This document shows positions 38,128 through 50,800 of a stretch of DNA of 64,000 nt, piece after piece (position 1 is the first letter of the stretch; each line of letters begins with the position of its first letter). The notes below the pieces were generated by a model. That model had not been told where the DNA came from, did not search any database, and saw nothing but the letters and a program-made list of their open reading frames with translations. Source of the stretch: Antedon mediterranea (lineage: Eukaryota > Animalia > Echinodermata); NCBI RefSeq assembly GCF_964355755.1, contig NC_092674.1, positions 9,734,001 through 9,798,000 on the forward strand, read 5' to 3'. Both the position numbers and the translations under genes were made by a program.

Positions 38128-41100
38128 ATAATCCACAGCATACTGTCAAATAATCTGTATGGTGCCTGCAACAACTTTTGGAGATTTCAGTGTAGGCTTA
38201 TTTAACTGAGTGGCTTAGTATGGTTGTGTTCTCAGAATTGAGGTTTCAGTGGTCTTGTTGAAATAAATGAAGAAACATCTGTAATTGGAATTGCTAGTTT
38301 AAACTAAGATTATTTATAATTTATTTTTGTCCAAAATTACCTTCCAGGTAATATAGTATTATTTGGAAAAATTGTTCACTTGATTGACAGTCGCAGTTTA
38401 AAAAGTTTGACAGCAATGAAGAAGTGTCTACTGTACATTTTGAGTTGTACAGTAGCAGTATCCATCCAGAGGGCGACACACACATCTTTGCATTTAAAAA
38501 ATGCCATGCTATTGCATGTTCTGTTAATATAAAATATAAAGTTATTTTATACTGTTTATTGATTGTATTGTGGAATTTGTAAATTTGAGTTGATATTGCA
38601 TTTTTTCACTGCTTTCAATAATAATAGAAAACAATTACAGATTATATAGTAATGATTTCTTTTGTTTGTTTTTTTGTTTTTTCAAACTTGCCTCGCAAGC
38701 ACTTATTGTATATTTGAGTCATATTCCATTTCGGACTATAATTTCAGGGTGATTAATTTAACATTACTGAGTGGGAATTAGGCATTTTAAAATGTTGGCG
38801 GCGTTTGAATAGATACAGTATTACAAAAATTAAATTTTAGGAAACCTGTGAGAATGAGCAAGCCCAAGATTTGAACCCAGTATATCATTCTGTATATCAT
38901 TCTGTATAATTAATAACTGTAAATCAAACTTTACACCAGAATGAAAATACATATGTTTATTTCCATCAACAAATTAGTTCAGTGAATGAAAAACCGTTTA
39001 AATGATTATTCCATACCACAAAAAATATAAATGGTATATGGGTATCGTTAATGATGTTTAACTGACTATATTATTTTATTACAAAAATTAAATTTATATT
39101 GTCATTTATATGATTATAGCACATTGACTATAAAGGTATCTAATTTTTTCCAGTTAAAATATTCTAAAGCTCATGATGATGCCATATTTGGGCAAATCAT
39201 CACCATATATGGGCACATCACACTTGTTTAAATTTGTAAACAGCTTCACAATCAGTCCAGTATCATAGGCTAAATCTATAATACAGTGTATAAAAGCTTA
39301 ACATAATACAGGCACCACATATGATACATATGTTGCCCAGTATTACAGAATTTGCCTATTAAATGATACTGGCTACACAATGCCGTTGTGGATATACTCT
39401 ACAAAGAATCGGTTAAAATGAAAATAAGTCATACTTATTTCGGTACATGTTCCATGCATAGAGTGTACATAATAAAATTCCCATATAATTAAATACAGTT
39501 AACATCTTAAAAACCTATTATTAAGTACATATCTTGGAGAGATTTGGCTTTTGAAAATATATTCTAAACATTCTAAGCTAGCAAACTTCAATAAACTTTT
39601 GTTTGCAGACTCTGGACTTAAGGAAGTTCGTGGTGCCTGTTAACACTAGTATAGTGCTAAAATGCATACTACTAGGCCTAGACTATTATTGACTGTTATA
39701 TTGTTGACCAGGTTTGGGAGTTGGCCAAACCAAATGGCAGACCAGTCAAATATGCACAAGGTACTTTTAAATTTAGAAGTGGAATTTTATTTTTAAATTC
39801 ATTATATTTCCATTTTTTGATAATTTTTCTGGTTGTTTTTTTTCAATATAAATTATGAATGCCATTGTAATTATTATTTGTCAAAAGAATAAAACTAACG
39901 AAATAAAAGTCTATAAATATTATATTACTAATACACAATTTCAAGGGTACAATATATTCCTCTGTTTTATAAATAAAATACAGTTATAACAAAATTTTTA
40001 GATTAGATAAGAGAATATAATAACAGATCTATATACAAAGTAAATACAATTTTAAAACATTATTTCAAAGTTTAAAAGAAAAATTCTAAACCATCCAGCA
40101 ATAATGCTGAAACATTAGCCACCTTTTTCACGACGCAGCACATGACTATGCAGCTATTGTGTCTAAAAGTCATTCTGCACATGATCATGTACAAACGCAG
40201 TAATAAATATGTATGAGTGACAAATACTGTAGTAACCTGATCGAGACTCAATCCAGGACTCATAATACCAAAACAAAGATATACATTTTTTTTAAGTAGC
40301 AATATTAATTCATTATAACACAGTTGAAAGAAGTGTACAGTATATAAAAAAGGTTAATTTATAGCGCAAGATAAAATACTGAAAGGAAAAGGAAGGAAAG
40401 TATACTATATATTATTTTGTTATTGTTGACAATAACAAAATAAAGTTTCTTTGTAAATTACATTGGCAAATCTAATACAATCAGTACTGTTTAAAATCAA
40501 ACTTTACACACTGATAAGTTTCAAGTGAAATAAGACTAGTAGAATTCTGAAGTACAGAATATAATTTCGTGTACACTATTCATCGTAAAATATCTGGTTA
40601 GGCGTTTTTATTTAATTAGGCACAATTCTGTAAGATTAGTATTGTTGTCCTGGCATCCTGCAGGATTTGAATCCAGGACCCTGTGGCTGTATTCACCAAT
40701 CACACTTAATTGACATATTTCCCTTTAAAAAGTTTAACTCAATAAATATTCAAGTATTTCCCTTAAATTGTATTCACTTTAGATAGGATTCGTTTTTAAT
40801 TTTAAGGTTGTTTTCCTTAAGCTTTGTCTACACTATCAAACTTAATGTGACAGATGTGCACGGTGATGTCATAGCACTACAATATTTGGCCACAAACTAG
40901 TTTGATGGTGTAGACAGAACTTTAATAGCCTAACTGTGAATGATTTATGAATCATTATCTTAACCACAAATCAAATTTTGTCTTTCAATGTCCTATATTA
41001 TGTAAAATAAATTCAAAGAATAAGAAATAAAAATTTTATTTTTTTATTTAAATAGTTATAACAAACAAATATCATGGCAGACAATTTTTTATATCCAGAC

Positions 41101-41829
41101 ATCTATTTTAAGAATATATCTGAAGTTATATTTCCTTTAAAATTAAATTTTAGTTAACTCAATATTTATAGCAAGTAATAACTTGTTAAAATAATGTATA
41201 TTATTAAAATACTCTTACTTCGAAAAAATAATACTAGATATCCTCTATGACATGCAACTTGATTAGCATAATAAAAACAATTATATATTTTACCAACAAA
41301 AAGGATTGTTCTCCAATAAACCAAATGTTGAGATATTTCAGTTGTTTATTTCACAAGCCAACAATTTTTGTTAACACCGAAGGGAACAGACATTAGCTAA
41401 AATATTTTATTTTACAAAGTGTAATATTTTAATAATATATAATGTAGTTTTATAAAAATCTTTTCTTCTCATAGTGAAATTTGTAAAAATAGAATTATTA
41501 TGTCTAGAGAAGAATTGAACTTCTAACCACACAAAAAGTGTGTTATTAGTGGCAGTACATGACAGAGTTTACATACAGTTAAATACCTTCTTTGGGACAC
41601 CCAGATTAATAACGAATGAAAACATATGTTTTACTACCTTCAGGGGACACGCCTATTGGGCCTTGGGCATAAATTTAGAACTAAAATGGCAATATTTGAC
41701 TTTTAACATTATAGTTGCTATCTGCACTATTAAAATAAAAAAACTATTCGATGAAATAAAAACAAAGATGTATTTTCTTAACTTCAACACCAAGCAAAGG
41801 GTATACCCTTTGATCTTCATTATTGTTTA

Positions 41830-44800
41830 TCACGATGAAATCACCTCTACAAAATTAGCTGGGAATCTGCCAACCTTTCCATTTAGACTTCCTTCATACC
41901 AGTCATCAGTGTAACTCACTACATCCGTGATGAGGTCATTAACCTGGCAGCAATAACAAAATAATTCGTAACAAAATTTTTTTTCAACACAACATAAATG
42001 ACTTTCAATATTTATTTATTTCAAATAAATTCAAATTTGGATTATTTTTTCTCTTATTAATTATTATAAACAATATTTTCTCCAATAGACGCAGCATGTG
42101 GGTTAAGGTTTAATTTATGACCCTTTACCAATTTGCCGACCTCCGTATAGAACCTCATCCTACCTGTGATAATGGATTAAAGAATAGAAGGATATGCATC
42201 GACGGTGACATCAAACGATTTTACAACGTGCTTGCCTATACTAAAGCACTGCTGCCAATCAAACATTGAACTCCGTGTCTCTAACTGCGGCCCTCTGTAG
42301 AACGCTGCGAATCAACTGCTACATTTTTTTAGACCAAAACATAACCATGTAGAAATCGTATGCGCAGTCTGAATGTTCTATTGACATGTCTGCGTCGATG
42401 ATTAATTGACAACAAAAATGTATTGCTGAACAATTCTGTTTTAGTCGGACTACGAAAAGTTCAATTTCTTACGACTGGTAATTTTAAGTAGTTGGTAGTA
42501 TTAATAAAATATGCAATTTTTATATTTGAATTATCATTATTTGCCTGCCATCTTCTGTCATTAAAAATTGCGTTAATCTATAGATTATTAAATTATGCAT
42601 TTGACCATGTATGTTGTTACCGTGTCCGGTGTCCACACATAGAACAATCGTGTTTTTAATATATGGCTAAGCAGTGGTTTCTTCATAAATCTCCTTAATT
42701 ATCGATGTAATTATATTTAAATTTTAGTGCCTGATGATTGGCTATTGGTTATGTCATCCACATCACATCCAATCACCGGGCCTAATTGAAAGAAAACAGC
42801 GATCCCTGATCCGGGATTGGCTGGCTATGTATAGTTGCGATACGTTACCTAGCGGTCGTTTTGAAAAGTACACGCAGGGCAAACTTAATCACGAACAAAC
42901 AAAGTACCTATTATCACACAAGAAGTAAGACAACGGTGAGTATATAGATCATGATTACACGTTGTATCTACTACACTTAAGATTAGCCTAGGCCTACCTA
43001 GGCAGTATCAATGTCGGCAAATCATATGGTTTACTAGTAAGCCTAGAAGGCCTAGTATCCTTGCTGATTTTGTAATTTTACATGTAGGCTGAGACAACAA
43101 ATAAATAGTTATTGTCTCAGATATAGGGCTACTACAGGTCATAAAATGCTACTTTAATGTCATAAAAACATTAGCGTAGATCAATCGCGGCAGAAATCTA
43201 TACTAATTACAATTATAACATCTACAATTCTAAGCCAATAACAATATAGTATTGTTTTTATCTGGTATATCGATGAAGGCCTACACTAGGGTCTTCACAA
43301 TAACATACAATGTAATTTAATAACTGTTTTCAATAAACATTATACTCAGTGGCGTGAGGCAGAGGCCTGAAGCCACTTGTTTAGGAAACCTAAGTGGCCC
43401 TCCAAGTTTCAAAGAACGAAGCCTCGGACGTTTTTAGCATTTCGACATATTTTATGCCTGTTCTTCTGGGCACTGCTCATGGGCCCAAAGCTTCGGTTTA
43501 ACCAGTGAGCGCACATAGCCGTTACGCCACTGATTATACTGTTCAAATATGTATGAATACATACAGTGCAACAAAGAACGCGCGAAAGAAGCGTAGCCAA
43601 CAAGGTTAAATGTCGTTGCACATGTGCAGTAAACAATATATTAGGCACGCGACCGTTCCGTTGTTACCATGCGGTTAATTAAACTGTAACATTGTGGGCG
43701 GTCCGCGGTCTGTCGGCGAGAGTCAAGGAACCCTTGATCTCACGTCGATGCATATCCTTCTATTCTTTAATCTTTGAAAGTGGGTGGGAGCGGTAACATG
43801 GGGTAGAACGCGGTAGATATAAAAATAAATATTTATTATTTACATACCTTAAATCCTAGATCATCTGGCATTTCAGCATTGAAATCAAACAATGCTCTGA
43901 CAGTCATCTTTGAACTCCCTGAAAACAATTATATATTATCTGTTTATTAATCACAATTCTGTTGGGTTAATACTCAAAATGTAATCATTCCAGAAGAGGA
44001 GGAGACTTGTAAAGTGGTAGTCACTGTGTTGTGCACTGAACCGTGAAATACCATAGGTTTCCTATGGTCCATGGGATGAATCCCATCTTCACTCTGTGTG
44101 TGTTCCCACTGTTGTGGAATACACATAGATAGTGGACCGTCTTTTAGATAAGACGTTAAGGTTCTGTGTGCAACATAGTGCATGTGTACGTTAAAAATGC
44201 AGTACACTCTTTTATAAGAGTAGGTGATCATCTCCCAGTGGACTGTCCAATTCAACTGAAGGATCCACCGGAACCAAGTCTAAGCTCTGTCTATCAAACT
44301 AGTTTTTTTTTTTTTTTTTTTAATTTTATTTTCTATATTTCATAAAACAGTATACATTACATAACTTGGTTACATTACAAAGTAATACAAAATAATAATA
44401 ATCAAACTAGTTGGAAAAAAAGTGTGATGTGCCCAAATATGGTAGTGATATGACATCATCATGTCCATATTTGGGCACATCACATTTTTTTGTCACACAA
44501 AATTTGATAGTGTAAACAGAGCTTAAGGACTTAGTGGAGTATCCTTGATGTGCAACAACACTGGAAATAACTAACACTACAGACAAAATGACGCATTACA
44601 ACACTATCTATCACTTACCTTCTTGAATTTCCACAAAATTCTTTGGGAAGATACCTTCTTTGCCCTTTAGTCTACCCCTTAACCAATCATCTCCTACAGT
44701 TTCTATAAGGGTGATTTTATCCCCTTGATTCAGCGTTAATTCAGCCTCATCTGCAGCCTCAAAGTCAAACAAAGCAGTACATATACCCTACAAAATAGTG

Positions 44801-47800
44801 CATTATCAGAGATCAGAGTTAGTTCATATTTTTGTAAAATAATACAACAGGCCTGCAAGTATTTATCTCCAATTTCGGTATTCGTGTCCCCGCTCGTAAT
44901 TTACGAAAACAACTCCTCTGTTTTCCCTTTACTTTAGTAGAGTCAATGTAAAATGGTTACATAAGTAGATTAAGTTTAATCCAGGTCCATCCACATATTG
45001 ACATTTTTAATTCCGGTCTTCATCTGTTTCATCGTAGTTTAAGTGTTTCTGAGTTGTTGTAATTGTCTTTGTTTCTCTTAACCCTGCTGCAAGTGGCGGA
45101 TTTGTTTCTGCTGTTGTTTTTGGTTTAAACAAAATTATTTTTGAGGGGTTTGACACTGGGGTGGGCAGATGCCGGATTTCAGAGGTAGCTAGTGAGAGGG
45201 TCTCCAACACCTCAGCTTCACCTTGTGAAATGGATTTTATTTTTGATAGAGGTGAGAATAGTGGGGAATGGAGATTCCTGTTTATCTAACTGATTGTAAC
45301 TAATATTGTAGCTTCTAATTTACCTGTAATGATGCAGTGCTTGGCACTGTACATGGTGAGTTGGCAGCTGATGGTAGATTATCAGGAATATTATCCACAA
45401 AATTTGCTGGAAAGCTTCCTTCAATACCGTTCAGCTCTCCAATCAGCCATTCGTCATTCACCCGACTTTTAACATTAATTTTATCACCAGTCTATAAAAG
45501 ATAAATAATAAATGGGAAAAATAAACATGAAGTTATTGTATTGAACTGGTTCAACATGCTGTACCGATCTTACAACATCACTGACTGAGTGAGTGTGTGT
45601 GTGTGTGGTGCTGTCGCTTATAATATGAAACTTTTGAATTGCATGAACCTAGGAAATTATTTCATTGTGTGCATACAGGGACATTCTGACATCTTTTTGC
45701 CTTCATTTCTTGACACAGTTTTGGCAGGATTCTGGGTGCAGGAGTTGTGGCTTGGTGGTTATGATGCTTGGCTACCAATTCAAGGGTCCTGGGTTCAAGT
45801 CCTATCATATGTCAGGATTTTTTCTAATGACAAATTACAACTCCACTCCCAAAGACTTGTAATAAGACTTTGTTTATATAAAGCATCTTGTGTCTGTTTG
45901 TCTTGTGAACAGGATTGCCACCTTTAAGAAGGATAGTGGATTAATTCGCTTATGGTTATCCTTGGCAATTAGCCTAAAATATATAATAAATAAATAAAAC
46001 AAATAATACATAAGTTGTAGCAAATCAACAACCCTGTATCAACAAAACTAAATACACAATTGTAACAACAAACCTTAAAGTTTAGCTCTGAGCTATCAGC
46101 ACCAGTAAAATCGCATAGAGCAATAGTCGAACCTAAACAAACAATAATTAAATAATGTGATTATATAATACAGAAAAATACAGTAATATATTTAAATTAC
46201 TTGTAAATTTAATTTGAAATCATGATTTTACTGTATATGGTCTAATGATCCCTTTCCAGCTACAATCAAGCTATACTGGGCTTGGGCCATGTGGGAGGGA
46301 GATCCATGTCCCACATAGGCTCCATAACATTTTGTATAAAGAAAAATGCATTAGAAATCCCGGAGTCCCATTCAAAAACGCATCGGGACCTGTGGTTATA
46401 CATAGCATCATTATGTTTAGGTGCGAGTGGTTTTCTCCACTTTTTTTAGGCTCCATAACATTTTGTATAAAGCAAAATACATTCGAAATCCATGTGTCCC
46501 ATTCAAAACGAATCGATACCCGCGGGCGTGTTATACATACCATCATTGGCTTCTACTGGCAAATCTTCAATGATCTCCACATAAGCTTGAGGAAAGATAC
46601 CAGTTTGGCCTTTAAGTTCACCCTTTAACCATTCGTCCCCGACTCTTGCAATAAGTTGTATTACGTCACCCTCTTTTAAAGGCAAGTCCGACGATTCATC
46701 CCCTTCATAATCAAATCGTGCTTTACACCTTGGACCACTGTTAAATATAATGGTATAGTTAGTAACATTACACAAATTTATGTGATTAAAAGGGTCAATT
46801 ATGTAATAATAATAGTTTTTAGTTCGAAAACAAACAAATAATTTTTACCTGATATTACTACGGAAATCATTTTTAAAATTTTTGCTTTCAGAAATGTCTT
46901 CCTGTAACAACAAAAAATGGAATGTTCAAATTAGACACAGTGTAGATCAAAGTACAGTAGGTCAATTGTAGGTCAAAGGGTATACTATAATTATATTATA
47001 AGTTTCATATCAAGACTTGGACATAAGCATAGCATATATTTTTTATACAACTTTGTATAGGCGGATCAAGAAAATTTTAAAAAGTCTGATAAAATTGTGG
47101 GGTCGGAAGGGGATCCAAATCTTCACCCTTTTAAATTTATCTACATTTTTTTTATACTTCCACACATTCAATAAAAAAACACAAAACTGCTACTATACCT
47201 CCAATATTTTATTTATTTATTTTTATTATTTTTTTTATTATAATCTGGTAGCCATGACTTAAAGTTTATCTCCATACTAATTTTGGCCTCCTTCTGCACT
47301 CTTGTATAACTAATTTTGTTCTTTACAAAATATTAAATGTTACACACAAAACAATAAAAACAAGCAAACTTACAATAATTTCAACATAGTTCTTTGGGAA
47401 CATCCCTGTGTCTCCATTGCACTCTCCCTTGTACCACTGGTCATCTATCTTCTCCAATAGCTTGATGTTGTCTCCAGCATAGAAGCTAAGATCCCCTGAA
47501 GCGTCTGATTCATATGCATGTAGAGCTACAGCACATGGGCCAGTGATTTCCTGAGTAAGCAAACAAAAGTATTTAAAATAAATACTAAAATTGTATTAAA
47601 TAAATACATTTCTTAACAAACTGAAACATTAATACATAAATAAAATACTACACATCATAGGCAGGGTGATCCACCAGGCCCAGGCCCAAAAACCCACCTT
47701 AATGATACATTTTAATAATTAATAGATAATAATACAAATTCAAAAGTCAAACATTAGGTTTATATCACCTCTCATTTTCAATGGCCCAGACATTCTAACC

Positions 47801-50800
47801 CCCAACTTTGGGTGGTTTACATATTGTAACATTGACGCATATTTGATATTATTTTTAACACAAAATAAACTCATCATAAAAAACTCACGCAATCAACATT
47901 TACCAGAGTTAAAAAAGACCAAATAAGGTAGTCTGTATAAATGTATTATTTTGTCTTTTACCTCTAATTGACTTTCTGTTTCTTTTTCAGATGGTGATAA
48001 AGGCTTGACAACTTTTATAAAATTCTTTGGAAAAATTCCTTCTTTGTTTTTATTTTCACCACAAAACCAATCAGAATTCACTTCCTTTATTAAAATGATG
48101 ATATCATCTTTCTACAAATATAAAAGAGATTAAAATGTGAGATACAATGGACAACACTTTTATGGATTAAAAAAAACAATGCAGTATTTATGAAAACTAT
48201 GTGGTAATGTCTTTTGGAAGGAAGGATGTGTTCCATACAACACTGTTTGGTCAACAAGACAAGGTTAGACAATATAGTGTGTCCTTCTCACTATGGAATA
48301 CATGGAAAAATCTTTCTGGCAATCATTTTCAAGCACATCCAATATTGGATTAGCCTGGAATATACTGTTTACCTAATATGACACCAATCAAGTTTTAGTT
48401 TTAATAAAATATTTATTCACTATCGACAAAATCCAAAAAAATATATGTAGGACAAGCTATGCCGTTTTCCCGCTTACCGTTACCGCTCTTCTCTGTAAAT
48501 TGACCTTTAACCAGAAACCAATGGTGGGATTCCAATTGACTTTTATGTTTATCGCTTTATCAGGTAAAGAATCAAATCTTTTGGTAAAACTAAATAACAC
48601 ATTAAAATAGCCTATCTAACAAAACAATTTTAATAATTATTTTGGTAAATCTGTAATTTAATTACCTCAAAAGATAGTTCATCAACATTAGTTGCTTGGA
48701 AAGAGAATAGTGCAATTCCATGGGGTTTCTCAACCTAGAAATAGACAGAGAATATAATAAAATAACCATATGATCTTGGTTAGTACTTTTATTCAAGCAT
48801 GTAGCCATGGTGCATTATTTTTTTTCCTATGAGGTTAAGGCAGAAATCATGAATAATGAATGACATTATTTTTCTATGATAAAGAATTCTGAATTGCAAG
48901 ATAGTCGATATACTTTCTAAATATAACTTAGGGTGCCTGCAGACACTTATTCTAAAGGCTATACCTCCCTTAACTGTTTGGCATAGCAAAACCTGTTGAA
49001 TATGGTATTTGATCTCTGTGCATGCTGATATATAACGACCCCTATATTTTCATATTTAAGGTCATGAATTATTCATTATTTAGCCTCCTTGAAGTACACC
49101 TTTCAAACTACCATACCAAACCAGCAGCATACTAAATATGCATACTAATCTAAGTACTCATTGTGGTTGAAAACCCTGGCTATGGGCTTGATATAATATA
49201 AATACAAACAGCAGATATAGTATTTTGTAAATAAACAAATATTATGAAAATAATCGAAAATGTAACTAATGTTTTTTTTTATATATGTGAACTTTATTCA
49301 ATCAATCCTACATTTGTTATAATGGTAACCACAATAAGATATAATATTACAGTAGATTTTTACAAAAAAACAAGACCAATATAAATATTAATTATAAAAT
49401 ATATACAATGGTTATTTACAGTAATGATAATAATAAAAATTAATTGTTTATATTGAATATTATTGGAAACAGAAGTTGAATAATAAAATACTGGAAAGTT
49501 TAATTAGAGGTTTACAATCAATGGAAAAGATGAAAACATATAATATTGTAAGTATTAAAAGTAGCAGTGTTTAGGGAGATTACTGTATATTGGCAACGGC
49601 CTACAGTTGAACATGGTTTTAAGCAAAAGTTATATATTGATTTTTTTCCTGTGGCCAATGATAAACAAAACAAACAAGAAAATTAAAACTCACTGTATAT
49701 TTAAATAGTGGATGATTTGGTCCTGGCCTTGGAGGTAAGTTACTTTTACCTAAATAAAACATAGATTAAATTTAACAATTATTAAACATTAAATAAACAA
49801 CCTTTTCAGTCACTCTGGTCTGGCTACCAGTTCAAAGCGTGTTTTTATTTTGTATTTCAGTATCACTGCCAATGACAATGACCATATTTGCTATGTTCTT
49901 TGATTAATTAGCCATTACAAGGCTACTACAATGAGTTGTTTGTGTTGTCAGCAAACAAATTACTGTAGACACCTGTAGAATCTCACCTGCTGTCTGTCCA
50001 CCTGGTCTCATTGGTGCCGGTCTTTTGGTCTTACCATTTGACTTTCTTGGTTGTGATGGTTGCATTGGAGCTTTCTTCTTCATATTCTTAAGATTAGGAC
50101 CACTTGAAGGCTACAGATAAGGAAAGTATTATGATGAGTCAAAAGAAAGCTATAGTTTTGCTTTATTATATTTCAGACACAGGTTATTTTACTGTAATAA
50201 GATTGTTTAGAATAACTTGTGACAGCCTAATGCGCTGAATTGTGCACAAATATGGAGAGGCAACATATGTCATCTCATCTCCACTAAGGGTAGAATCATG
50301 TCTTTCAGCTACCACTAAAGGCATTCATCTATCCATAGACAGATGCTTGGTTCTCACAAGGGCGCAATGTAAGGATGTAGGCGCAACGCAAGAAATTTGA
50401 CCAATGATTATAAAAACTGTCACTTGTCATTGGTCAACTTGCTCTTACATTCTTGCATTGCGCATGTAGTGGGAAGGCAGGCACTAATCTTGGTTCTCAC
50501 TTGGATGCAACACAAAGATGTAAGCGAACCGTAAGCAATTTAACCAATAAAAAAGCAATAGATTATCCGAATTGAGTGATTGGTCAAATTACTTGCATTG
50601 CACTTTCGTCCTTGCGTTGTGTAAGAACCATGCTTTAAGAAACGTTTAATAATTGTTTGCCATTCAACTTACCCTTGGAGGTGCTTTTTTCTTATTGGAA
50701 GGCTTAGCAGATGGTCGTATAATCGTAGGTCGAATAGTTGCTTGTGGCCGATCCATTAAGTTGATAACATTGGCAGCTTTATTCTGAGCAGAAGGAGCGC

